Source: Lama glama
Lineage: Eukaryota
NCBI GenBank assembly: GCA_028534125.1
Contig: CM052817.1
Span: 69,380,001-69,444,000 of the forward strand
Reading direction: 5' to 3'
DNA: 64,000 bases
Part shown: one piece after another, positions 52,564-64,000 of the stretch
Layout: every line of letters starts with the position of its first letter
Numbering within the stretch: the stretch's first letter is position 1
Position numbers and translations under genes: made by a program
Notes under the pieces: generated by a model
The model's input: only the letters and a program-made list of their open reading frames with translations
What the model was told of the DNA's origin: nothing
The model's database searches: none

Positions 52564-55500
52564 ATGGCTAAATTTCTTTCATCTATGTATCCAAAAAATG
52601 ATTTGCCCTTAGGAAATCACTAGGGAATACAGTTTTCAGCACAAGTAAAATTTCTTCTTTGGGAGCTATCCGGTACCACCCTTGGCTATTTGTAGTTCTT
52701 TACCTCTCAATATTCATGTCCTGAAGAATATGTAAAGGGGAAAATACTCTTGCAACATTTCTGGCACTGAGATTGAAAATGCCAATAAAAATTTTAGATG
52801 TGATTAATTCTTTTATGCCCCTGAAAGGCCCTAGTGTGATATTATAAAATCACAACCTGAAAAGCCTAAACAGAGACAGAAATGAACACTCTCATTTTAC
52901 AGAGAAAAAAAAAAAAAACACATATCTAAGTACTTCAGAGTTCGTACCAGAACCGAAGTTTCCCAAATTCTAGTCTGATGTTCCTAGCACTGTTCCCAGA
53001 AAATGTAGGGTCTAGTGATAATTCTCATAGAAGGGAAGAAAAGGAGCTAATACTGTTTGAGAATTCTGCTGGCTCTTGCTAGGCACTTTAAAGGTACCAT
53101 CTTTTTTAATTCTCACAACAGCTTTATGAGGTAGAATTATAATTCCATTTTCCCGAGGAGCCAGCTGGGACTCAGAGCAGTAATGTCACTTGCCTCAGTT
53201 CCCATAAGTAACAAGTGATTGAACAGAAGCCAGGCAGGATTTGTGTAAGTCCGAAGCTGGCTTGGTGCACTCTACCTGCCCCTTTAAATAGTACTGGTGC
53301 ATGAGAGGAATAGTCCATATCATGCAGCCTTAACAGGGGCAGTATTCCCCTAAGGGGACAAAAATTTTTTGCTACAATGTGGCCCTCCAAAGGGTTACAG
53401 TACCTATAAACATATATTACAATTTCATGAGGAAAAGAGCAATCAAAAAAAAAATCTAAACTGTCTCCTTAGTGGAGTGATAATGGGGTGGGAGAAGGTT
53501 AAGAAACTCTCCTCTGTATTGTTGAAGAACAAAAATGCAACTCAACTTTTAAGTCATTTTTCCAACTCAGGTATAAACTCAAAATCAGGATGCCTATTTC
53601 TCAATTCTATGCAATGTATATTTTAAACATCATTGGTTCTTTTAAAAGCCACAAGCTTTCTGCTAGTTAAAGCATGAGTTTCAGAGCCAAGCAGACTTTT
53701 CAAGTTGTCAAATCAGTTCAAATATTCACAAGTTTTGCAATTACTTGAACTTTCTTAGTTTCGTGTTATAGGACCATTAAAATAATTAGCTGCAGCGCAT
53801 GTGAAGTGCCCAACAAATAGTAAACTTTCACTCAATGTGACTCCCTTCCCCACATTTGGTTATTAATTTCTCCGAATAGTAAATCTCTACAAGAAGAACA
53901 AGAATTGGTTAAAATTGGTTAAAATAAAGGTTGTTTAGGGAAAGAACTGAATATTTTGACCATTATAGGATTATGCAGTTTTCAAGTGGCTGAGATTTAG
54001 CATTCAAGCATTTAGAAAAGTAGGAGAGGGTTCCATAGCAGCAGGTTTGTTGGAGTATTTTGAAGGAAGAATACTTTAAGCGGCCTGTGACAAAGGGGGG
54101 AAAAAAGGTTATATTTACTTCAGTCACAACCTTCAGTGGTCAGAAGATCCTGTCCAAATCATAAAAGATAAGTATCTTAAAGGAATAAAATGAAGAGGCA
54201 GCAGATAGACTGGGCGCTACAGTGATAGAAAACTGATGCGATTTAAGTTTCTGAAATTGTGATGTAGCAAAATACACCTCAATGCAACCATTTCAATTCC
54301 AACACATTTTAAATGGAGGATTGTATTTCCCTTCCATTGTGCCAGCTTAAAAACATGACAGTGAGGGTTGTAATCTTTATAATTGCTCGTATTTAATATT
54401 TCACCTCTCCTTCCATGATAGGTGATATGATAACTAAAGATAATTCTGTGCCTCAAGCCAGATTCCCTAAGGATTTTTTTAAATTCAAATAAATATATTA
54501 TCCTATATGTATTGTCAAAAAAACTTGACTAATAAATTTCAAATTTCAAAGAACTTATTTACACATAAATTAATATCAATACTCATGTTTATTTTTGTAG
54601 GTTAATATAACCCCTTTAGTTTCTCCTTTAATAATTTATTAAAAAGTAATATATCAGTTAGAAAGGATTGTACAAACAATGAAATGTAAAAAATTCATAT
54701 ATACATATAGAATGTGTATTTTTTAATGTGTATTTTTAATGAAGAATAAACATGTGTGCATTTTTGTGTATGTCTATCCACCTAAATCTGATGTGTTTGC
54801 ATTCTTACTCTGTTTTATCACACAGGGCATTACAAATGGGCAGAGTTTATTTCTCCAGCAAGAAAATATCACTTTAATCATCTACTTATCACCACTCTAC
54901 AGAAGCAGCAATTCAGAAATACGCTAATAAAATTACAAAACAGTGAATCAAGAGCTGAGCTACTAAGTAAAAAGATGATGTAAAATTTGAAGTTATGTTT
55001 CTTTTTGTCAGTAAGAAAAGAAATCATCAATCTAGTGAATATGCAGCCATTGGTTGCAATGATTTAAGAACAAATAAGTTTGTCCGTGGGGTTTTTAATT
55101 ATCCTGATCTTTGGCTTTCTTAATTTTAACTAGAAAAAGAAAAAATAAATTTTTTCATCAGAGAAGTAGATGGGGCTCGGACTACTTTCAGAGCAGCAAT
55201 GCACTATGGTGTTCATTTCAAGGTACCAGATCCAGTTCCAGAGGTCAAGGTCATACTGCCCATTATGTTGGAGGAATTAAACCCTTCTGGTCCCAAAGTG
55301 GTAAAAGAAAAAGCAGGGTTCCATTCTTTGCTCATATTTTTTAAACAATTTGAAAATATTACTAGAAGCTGATCATCATGTTAAACTTAAAAATATCAAA
55401 AACTTTTCTCAAGCTGTATCTCCCTTCACTTCCAAAATGCCTTCCTATGTATTTTCAAATATCCTTCCTGGGTTTTACATTGTGTCTGGACTTCGGACTA

Positions 55501-55631
55501 ATTATGGTATTGAGTGCCCTGAATAGGCTATTTTGCTTCATTGTGTTACAGTTATATTGCAGGACCAATTACACTATGTCAATGCAATTTTCCACATAGT
55601 GTTGACAGCTATTGATACTGTGGCTCAGAGG
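52564..55631 (-). pseudogene. Candidate exons 55631-55479 (PLSHSINSCQHYVENCIDIV*LVLQYNC...), 54175-54119, 52720-~52564 (DMNIER*RTTNSQGWYRIAPKEEILLVLKTVFPSDFL...)
   Basis: Good acceptors (cccatttccacag; ttttattcctttaag; ctttacatattcttcag), few stops per exon. Donors moderate to weak. Confidence 0.4.
53050..53265 (-). mobile_element. MIR
   Basis: tctcacaacagctttatgaggtag...ctcagagcagtaatgtcacttgcc. Confidence 0.7.
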
Positions 55632-56722
55632 CTGTGGAAATGGGCAAAGTCTCAGTTGGGAGATTATCTTCTTTCTCCCTTTTGCTTAAATGAATCAGCT
55701 TGTTTCCTTTCCTTTTAGCTGCCTATTTTCAACCTTCTGTTTAGTATTCAGTGGAACTGAACCATCACCTTAATAACCAGGACTAGGAAAAAAAGGACCT
55801 ATTCAGATGAAATGATAATTCTACTAAAGAACATGCAACAAAATCCACATTTAACTGTCCTCATTATTTTCTCGTATCTCAGAACTTGTATAAACTCTAA
55901 TAAAGTCTGGAGGTCTTGGTTTTGTTTATTTGGTATAAAATATATGGTCAACTTATCTATACATGAAAAGCAAAATACAACACATAACTTTGCACAGACC
56001 ACAGACATGAGAAAACATCATTACAAAACTTTTAAAGGTCAATTTATTTTGAAAGAATTTATGAGAATTATTATACTATATTTTCAAATAAGCATGCCTA
56101 TAAATTTTCAAGTTTGAGACTTATAGTCAAATAATTTCCATTTACAAATACAAACGTAGCAATCAAAATATATTTAACATTGCATGGCATCATACAAGTT
56201 ACTTTATGGAAAAAAAAAGGAGCCATTTATAAACCTAAAACAGTAATGCTAGGATCTACAGAAAACAAATCTGTGCTCCTATTACAGAAAGAGTTGGGTC
56301 TTTCTTCTTTGATCTCAGAAATTCCTCCAGAATTTACATAACAGAGCTTAGACATGATCAATAACCTAAACAGGGTTTAAAATCTAGTGTTCCAAAATAC
56401 ACAGTTATACTCAATGTCTACATATATTCTCATAAACTTTCCTAGACTGCAGATGAATCATCAGAATCAAAACCCAGAAAACCTTCATTCAACAACAACA
56501 ATCAAGTGCCAGCCACTGATTTGAAGTTTAGTGTGAAAAGCTGCCTGAATGCATTTTTGCTTCCTATCTGGGGTACAGTGGGGATATACTAGGGTAATTC
56601 AAGGTGTGAGGGAAGAGATGCAACTTGTTTTATTCATGTCTTCACTATATTCCGCATCATTTGGCTTGCAACTTTATGAAACGTTTTAAATTTCTTTCTT
56701 TCCAATTCACTTTAGAACTTAC

Positions 56723-56801
56723 TTGAAAGAAATCAGTTTTGACCATCCAGATATCCTGGAAAACACCATCAGATTGATATTACCACTTGTAACTTTTCAC
56801 A
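56723..56801 (-). pseudogene. Candidate exon (79 nt): VKSYKW*YQSDGVFQDIWMVKTDFFQ
   Basis: Acceptor ctttgtttccgtgtag, consensus donor CAA|GTAAGT. Phase 2-0 fits the neighbouring exons. Confidence 0.5.
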
Positions 56802-57409
56802 CTACACGGAAACAAAGTATAGACTCATTCTGAACCACAGAAGCAAATGTTCTGCAGCAACAAATGAAGCAAAAATACAGAGGTAAGTCAGAATGGCAGG
56901 TTAACCTGGTTTAGAAGGTGCCTCTGGGAAAGAAGTATGAACTGGGAGATAGCTTGATTTCTGAAAACTCTAGAATTAGATGTAAAAGATTCAGTGAGTG
57001 AAAAACATCCTGGGGTCCAATCCTCTATCAAATATTCAGTCCTCCTTACTAAGAATTTCATTCCCATGAGAGAGATATATAGGAAACAGGAAATGAGATT
57101 ATTATGATCACTTTGGGTTGATTTGCTTTTCTTGTGTACTTCCATCTAAAGGGTCTGTGCTTCTTTAGAACATGCCATGAAAAACAGGCAAGAGAATATA
57201 GAAACTGAAAATGCAATCTACAGACACAACTATTTTAAAAGGAAATGTTAGCCTGATTCTTCTCTAAGGAATCAATAGACCTTTAGTACCATGTAATAGA
57301 ATCCAAAAGGAAAACTGGCGTCCCTCAAAAGTCTCAGCTACACGAACATGTGTTACCAGCCTATTATATCACTCCCCTCTATATCTCAAAAGGATCCCTT
57401 TTTCCATTA

Positions 57410-58000
57410 TCTCTTTCAACAAGTATTTGTTCCATGCCTGCTGTGTAACAGGAGGTGCTTTACTCACTAAGAACACAGCAGCAAATAGGAGGACGTAACC
57501 ACGCAAAGATCACAGACAAGAGCATTCCATGCAAAAGGGACAGTTAGTACAAGGCCCTAAAGTGGGAACACATTTGGTCTGTTCAACGTGGTTGGAGAGT
57601 GATGAACAAGGAAAGAGTGTAAAATAAAGTAGGAAGAAAAAGCAAGGACCAGAACATGGGGTACTCTACAAGTTAGGTCAAGAAATTTGGGTTTCATTAA
57701 CTATGATATTTGGTGTTTTTAAAAGATCATTCTGGCTACTGTGAATAATGAATCATGGAGAAACAAGAAGAGAAATCAGTGAAATCTGTTACTGTAGGGC
57801 AATTAAAAGTGATGGTTGGTTAATAATAGAGATAGAAATGAGTAGATGAAATAAAGATATACTTGGGAAGTGGGCTCTATAGGACTAAAATGAAGAGCTG
57901 GAAAAAAGGAACAAGGAATGGAAAGTAACCGAGAATAACTCCTAGATTTTGTCTTGAGTAGTTAGATGGAAAATGTTGCCATTTTCTGAGAAGGAAGTCC
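57410..58000 (-). mobile_element. L2 fragment
   Basis: caacaagtatttgtt...aagatcattctggct...aataactcctagatttt. Confidence 0.65.
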
Positions 58001-58639
58001 AGGAATGAAAGATTGATTGATCAAAGATGAAATAAACTAGTCTGCTAAAAGGAAGCACTTCTTCCATTCTTCTAAATTCCTCATGAGACTAAGTTACTGA
58101 GAATAACATTGCAAAATGTTATACATTAAACTTTTTTCCTTTTCCTTTTCCCAGACCTTCAAGTCTCCCAGCCCAAGTTCTTAGATCTATTTGCTATAAT
58201 CTTGTTGATACCTATGACAATAAGAGAATGAATCCTCCCTTCTAAAGATGAGAACACCAAAAGGGCTCATACTGAGTCAAATGAAATTTGAAGGAAAGGT
58301 TACACTGGATTTCACAAACCAGCATGTAGTAATGTTTCTTTCTAGTTTGTTTCAATTTTTTTGAATTGTGTATATCCAACATAACATTAAAAACATTACA
58401 GGGCATCTATATGACTTTTGCTAAATAAAAGAATATTGGTCACCTCCAAAGAGCAGTCGCTATATAATTTTACATAAATAGCCACATTATTGGGTTGACA
58501 TCACAGCACTGGGCACAAATTAGTTTTCTTAATAGAAGAGATAATAACACATCAAGGAGTTTATCTTTCTTTTGCGATTTCAAGATAATCTGAAAATAGG
58601 CATTTACAGAAAAAATGTAGTTCAGAAAGCAGCTCTTAC

Positions 58640-58965
58640 CCAGAGATGCTAAGCATACAAGTAGGGTCCATGAAGTCTGAACAATACATCACTACCAGGA
58701 TACTTAAGGCCTCTCCAGAGCTTGTACTGTTAGTCATTTTGTCAGAGAAACTGGCAGAACAGATTATCTTTTCATCAATACCAGATGGAGCAGGAAAGAT
58801 CCTCATCAATCTACGTCCAATGATTTCAGATATGGTCTTTGCCCAAATCAACTTCAACTGAATTTTCAATCTAAACAACATATAACTACTATGTGATGGA
58901 TGGATATGCCAATTGAAGTACCATATTTCCAAAAACGTTTGAGCAGAAAGGAGCTAATTGTTTTT
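58640..58965 (-). pseudogene. Candidate exon (326 nt): KNN*LLSAQTFLEIWYFNWHIHPSH...DFMDPTCMLSIS(G)
   Basis: Strong acceptor ttccttttcttttcccag, donor TGG|GTAAGA. One stop in 108 codons; overlaps ORF 58636..58932. Confidence 0.55.
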
Positions 58966-59269
58966 CTGGGAAAAGAAAAGGAAGTCCTTTCAATTGTCAT
59001 GGAAGTCATTATAAACCAGAGACAATCAGAGGCCATAATTTCACTTTGTCTTAATGCCATTTCTACCTGTATGCTCCTACCTCACCCACCAGCATGGACC
59101 TCTATATCATAGGGACCCTAGTATTGGCCACTTATCAAGGACAGCTCCCTTGCACTGTTTATTCTTCCCCCTAGAAATAATCTTCTAGATGTGCATAAGG
59201 CTAGTTTCTTTTCTTCTGTCAGATTTCAACTCAAATGTTCTCTCCTCACAGAAATCTTTCTAGATAACC

Positions 59270-59730
59270 TGTGTTTACTTGATAACCAAAACTTCATGAA
59301 AACCCAATATGCAATGGCTCAAGCACAAAAGGATTTTATTTCACTTCCACTGAATACTCCAGACAATCTCGTGAGTTGCAGCCAGGGAAGGAGGCTTTGC
59401 TCCACACAGTCATTCAGGGACCCAGGCTGATGTTAGCTCTGTCATTTTTAACACATGACTTCCAAGATTGTTCCAGTCACTCTGTTCATTATTATGATCT
59501 TCCAGCCCATAAGAAGAAACAAAAAGCATTAAAAAGCATATAAGCCAGGCCTGGAAGTGTTACCCTTCACTTCTGCCCTTGAACTAATGGAAAGTACTCA
59601 AATGGCCACTACAGTATTTAGTGTCATATTTTAAATTTAGAAACTTAGTGTAGTTGGGAAACCATGGACCAGCTTTGGTAGAAGAAAAGGAGAATGAACT
59701 TTGACAAACAGCTAGTAGTGCCTGCTATAC
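59270..59730 (-). mobile_element. MaLR LTR (MLT1-like) remnant inside L2
   Basis: ctccacacagtcattcagggacccaggctgatg...cttcacttctgccc motifs. Confidence 0.55.
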
Positions 59731-60039
59731 CACACTAGTTTTAAGTCATATCTATTAATATTCTGCCTTTCCCACATATATAAGATCATTAAGATTTTTG
59801 TCTGTTTGGCTCCTATCACAATGGTCAACATTAGAATAGAGCTTGGCATCTAATAGATGATTAGACAATATTGGCTGACTGATTTACCAGGCCAATGTCT
59901 CTAAAGACTCCTGTACAGTGAGACCTAGGTATTTTGTTGGTACAACTTTTCATGTCCAAGGGCTACTTTCAGAAATAATTACATCCATCTCCTTTTCGTG
60001 TCCTTTTAGAACTATCAAATGATAGTAAGAACAATTTCT

Positions 60040-60260
60040 AATACGTACTGAGTAGCAGCCATGTGCCATACAACACTAAATCTTTCACACGTGTTGTCTC
60101 ATTAAGCCTTCACAATTACTCCAGGAGGTAGATACTCTTTTATAAATGAAGAAAGTGACACTTAGAAAAGCTAAGTAATTTGCTCAAGGTCCACAGTGAA
60201 AAAGATAACAGAACCGGGACTAAAATCTTGTTTTAGAGCTCGATCTCCAGAGCCTAAGGT
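60040..60260 (-). mobile_element. MIR
   Basis: cttcacaattactccaggaggtag...aagtaatttgctcaaggtc. Confidence 0.7.
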
Positions 60261-60308
60261 TTTTCATCAGGCTATCTGACATCTGAAAAATTACATATTC
60301 TTTGAAAG

Positions 60309-60508
60309 CAGTGGTTCTCAAATAGGGGCAATTTTGGCAATTTCTGGAAACAGTTTTGATTGTCATGAACAGGATAAGGGAATTATCATCAACATCTAAT
60401 GCGTGGAGATCAAAGATGCTGCTAAACATCCTACAGTTGCATGACCCCCACACACAACAAAGAATTATTCAGCTCAAAACGTCAGTAGAGCCAAAGTTGA
60501 GAAACCCT
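60309..60508 (+). mobile_element. MER20-like hAT-Charlie MITE
   Basis: cagtggttctcaa...gatgctgctaaacatcctaca...gttgagaaaccct. Confidence 0.85.
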
Positions 60509-61650
60509 TACTTAGAGGGACATGCTGTTAGTCAGTGACATGGTTTTGAACAAATCATAGCAATTACTCTTATTCTGATCTTCTCAAAGATTATTTTTAC
60601 CCCACTTGAAAACCCTTTTCAACATTGTACCAGTCTATGTCATCATTCACTACTTCTTTTCACATTTCAGCTTCTAATTTCAATTTTTTTCCTGGAAATT
60701 TTATTCATTATCTCGTTCAAACTTGAGTTGTCTTTTGCAACAGCTTAGCAAAGTCTAGACTTTTTCATCCTGACACCTTCTAACATCCTATCTCCTATGA
60801 CACCCCCCTCTACAGGTTAAGAACCTTTATAATAACCTCCCCAAGGCAGACCTAAACCAAATGTTTACATAGCTTCCCCCCACCCCAATAACTTACCAAA
60901 TATACTTATCTCATTTGAGGCTGCTGTGTTCTCTTGAATCCAGCTGGGATTTTAACGACCTAATGTGCCTAATGTAAATCCTCCTATTTTATTTTGTAAA
61001 AGATGAAAAGAGCAAGCTAATAGCAAAGCCAAGATGAAACACAAGGCCCTCTGACTCCTAGTAGACCATTATTTTTTTAAGATACCACACTGACTCATAT
61101 CTGACAGAATGTCCATATGCATTCACATTTGCTAGTATTAATGCTTCTAATCTATCTAGAACTAACAGTAAAATTACAGGAACCTGCTAATTTCTAAGTA
61201 AGTTGTTTGGTCTAATTTGCTCTGTATATTTGTATATTTGCTCAAATACTAAATACATTTTAAGATACTATTTCTAGAACTTAAAACTACTGATTTTTAC
61301 ATGTCAGACTGCCTCTTCACTTTGTAGCCAAACAGTACAAATCTGGCCTCTATAAATTGTAATTGGAAAGTTTTATTTTAAAGATAGCAGCAGTAAAGCT
61401 TGCTAATTACAAAGAACACAAAGAAACTCTAGAATTCAGAGGAAAGGACCATGAGAATTCTCATCTCTTCTTTGACCTGCTACCCAGTTTTGATTTTAAC
61501 TTAAACTGATTCTCGGGGAGAATGACAGGATGGAAGCAAGAGACGGGTACTGAGGATGATGCAAGGAAAAAACTTGCAGATGGAAAGACCGATCTGCAGA
61601 AAAACAGAGGGGAACCAATCTAAGCAAATAGCCCTGAAATGTACACTTAC

Positions 61651-62933
61651 CATCACCAAACCCAGGGTTTCCAGGTGTTTTCTTTTCTTTTCCTACAGAG
61701 ACAAGATTGTCAGGATGTCAAGCACCTAATTGAACTCTGCCGCACTGCACTGTGAATTCCAAGGCTATGTGTGTCATTCTGTCCATGTGTTTCTAATTTA
61801 ACATGCTCTTTCTCTCCAGATAGCTTTACAAATAGCTAAGCACACTTAATGTGGTGACCCAACCAGGAAGGATGTGTCAGACTGCTAACTCTGGTGCTCC
61901 TTTCAAATGATTGTCTGGACAGGCAAAACATGACCAGCAATTGTTCCTTGCCAGGGATTTTCATGGCAGTGAGCCGTCTAATCTGGATATGATCTTTCTT
62001 ATGACCTTGGCTGCTGTTTCACTGTAATTATCTTAGACCTACAGGTAAAATCTAGGCATTCTCATGAATATGGAATTTTTATGGAAATGAACGTCAAATA
62101 TGGAATGTAAGCTTTTGTAGAATAATGAAGAAGCAACAGATGTGGAGAAGCAAGAAGGGAAAAACAAGAGGAACCAGATGGTTAACACCCTCATGAAAAA
62201 TGGATATGTGATGCAGCCCAAGCACCCTCAGTAGACATGGAAATACCCTATTTCCATTATTCTAGCTTCTTGCCACTCTACTGTAATGCTGACTCTGGGA
62301 CTTCTACAACACCAGAGTGTCATATTTGTCATGGAACACTGAGCCACACAATTAAAGAGTAGAACCATGAAGTCACACTAGATCTAAATGATTTTTTTGA
62401 GTCTGATGAGACTAGGAACAAAGAAAAAGAGGAATAAAAAAAAAAAAACCTCTTAAGATGTTTCCAATACAAAGAATGGCAAAAGTCAGAAAGATAAAAG
62501 CAAAGAGTGATAATTAGATATAAAAACATCCCATAGAAGTGAAAACAGTTTAGTAACAGTAAATTAACATTAAAGAGTCTGCTTGTAATTAAGTCAATAT
62601 TTCCTCCCCACAAATTTTGTCAGGTACACCTCTACTAATGTATGCAAATACAAATGCCTTATGGATATTAAACTATGATATACAAAATTTGATATGCACA
62701 GTATATAATTCAAGATAAAATTTTTTGTACTAAAGCCATTCAGTGCAGTTTATCATAATCCAGGCTAAGAGACATTACATCCTGTGCCTATAGTCAAAGT
62801 CTCAGAAACATCCTACATATGCCAAAGTTCCACAGAGACCTAAATAAACAATAACTGAAAGGAGGACTAAAAAGAAGAAATAAAAACAAAATAGCCTTAA
62901 CACTTACTTGTGGTTTCTTCCCCAAGCCAGTTT
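61651..62933 (-). pseudogene. Candidate exons 62933-62908 (26 nt) and 62038-61651 (388 nt); frame ambiguous
   Basis: Consensus donors CAA|GTAAGT (62907) and ATG|GTAAGT (61650). Stops occur in all frames of the larger exon. Confidence 0.4.
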
Positions 62934-63269
62934 CTTTAATGTGAAGAGAGAACTTACGTATTTAAAAGGAAGAGAAATAAATGGAGAGGGGAGAAGTGGA
63001 TTTTACTCCAGTTGTGATTGATCCTAGACTAAAGGACATGATGAGGTATTAATTTCTATGACAGTTCTAGTGAAGAGACTATTTGATGCACTGGTAATTC
63101 TAGGTTATCAAATATACTTCTGGTAAATTTATATCTAACTGCAACCAGTTTCTTGTCTATAAAATGAATGTAAATAGCCTTCCTCACTTGTTTTAGTGAA
63201 TTTTACACTAGCTTATTACACTAAGATTATTAAACACTTAAAAACTCTTTGAATACAACTGTTCCATAG

Positions 63270-64000
63270 AAACACAGAGGATCATAAAAAACTACTATGA
63301 ACAATTATATGCCAACAAATTGGACAACCTAGAAGAAATGGATAGATATCTAGAAATACAAGACTTCCAAGACTAAATCATGAAGAAACAGAAAATCTGA
63401 ATAGACTGATCACTGATAAGGAAACTGAAGCAGTCATCAAAAAGATGCTAACAAACAAAAGCTCAGAACCAGATTGCTTCCCTGGCAAATTGTACATAAC
63501 AAAGATTTAATACTCATAGTCTCAAACTCTTCCAAAAATTTGAAGAAGCAAGAAACTTTCCAAACATATTTTATAAAGCCAGCATTACCCTGACACCAAA
63601 ACCAGACAAGGATACCACACACACAAAAAGAAAATTTCAGGCCAATATCCTTGATGAACATAGATGCAAATGTCTTTAATAAAACTCAGTTGACCTTTGA
63701 ACAGTATAGGTTTGAACTGTTCAGGTCCATTTTACACAGATGTTTTTCAATAATATATACTACAGTACTACACAATCCACAGTTCATTGAGTCCACAGAT
63801 ACAGAACCATGAATACAGAGGAACCATACATACAGAGGGCCAACTATAAGTTACACACAAAAATTCAACAGTGCAAAGGGTGAGAGCCTCTAGCCCCTAT
63901 ATTGTTCAAGGGCCAACTGTATTAGCAAATCATATCCAGCAATACATTAGAAGGATCATACAAGTGAAATTTATACCAGGGATACAAGGATGGTTCAACA
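63270..64000 (+). mobile_element. L1 ORF2 fragment interrupted by MER8
   Basis: Encodes YYEQLYANKLDNLEEMD...ASITLTPKPDKD...FRPISLMNIDA, typical of L1 ORF2. Confidence 0.9.
63687..63919 (+). mobile_element. MER8-like Tigger MITE
   Basis: TIRs cagttgacctttgaaca / tgttcaagggccaactg, about 233 bp, followed by TA. Confidence 0.85.

Larger units (their letters stand above)
5..62933 (-). pseudogene. Large unidentified multi-exon gene remnant (about 25 candidate exons), probably extending beyond both window ends
   Basis: Non-repeat islands bounded by polypyrimidine-AG acceptors and GT(A/G)A(G)-like donors on the minus strand. The central six exons give about 297 stop-free spliced codons; flanking exons contain stops. 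Family not recognised. Confidence 0.6.

Noticed and set aside
61699..61755. Plus-strand acceptor followed by RQDCQDVKHLIELCRTAL*
   Set aside because: No supported upstream plus-strand exon chain; it overlaps a minus-strand candidate exon.
1..64000. CRISPR arrays, tRNA/rRNA genes, CpG-island promoter
   Set aside because: None seen; the sequence is CpG-depleted mammalian DNA with no repeat-spacer or structural RNA signature.

Overview
AT-rich, repeat-dense mammalian genomic DNA. The youngest L1 3' ends resemble, from memory, the cetartiodactyl/camelid type; this is an inference. No intact gene that I can name is present. The non-repetitive islands form a chain of about 25 candidate exons on the minus strand spanning the whole window (about 62933 down to 5). 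Six of them (39900-39382, 37731-37602, 31295-31141, 29102-28953, 24189-24041, 16800-16663) splice in phase into about 297 consecutive stop-free codons, which include a 274-aa Cys-rich ORF. Flanking candidate exons carry in-frame stops, so the locus looks like a large, unidentified, partly decayed multi-exon gene. The rest is mainly L1, L2, MIR, a near-full Tigger2 fused to an ERVL/MLT2-like remnant, MER8, MER20, microsatellites and a 500-N gap. One young L1 carries a clear 3' transduction.
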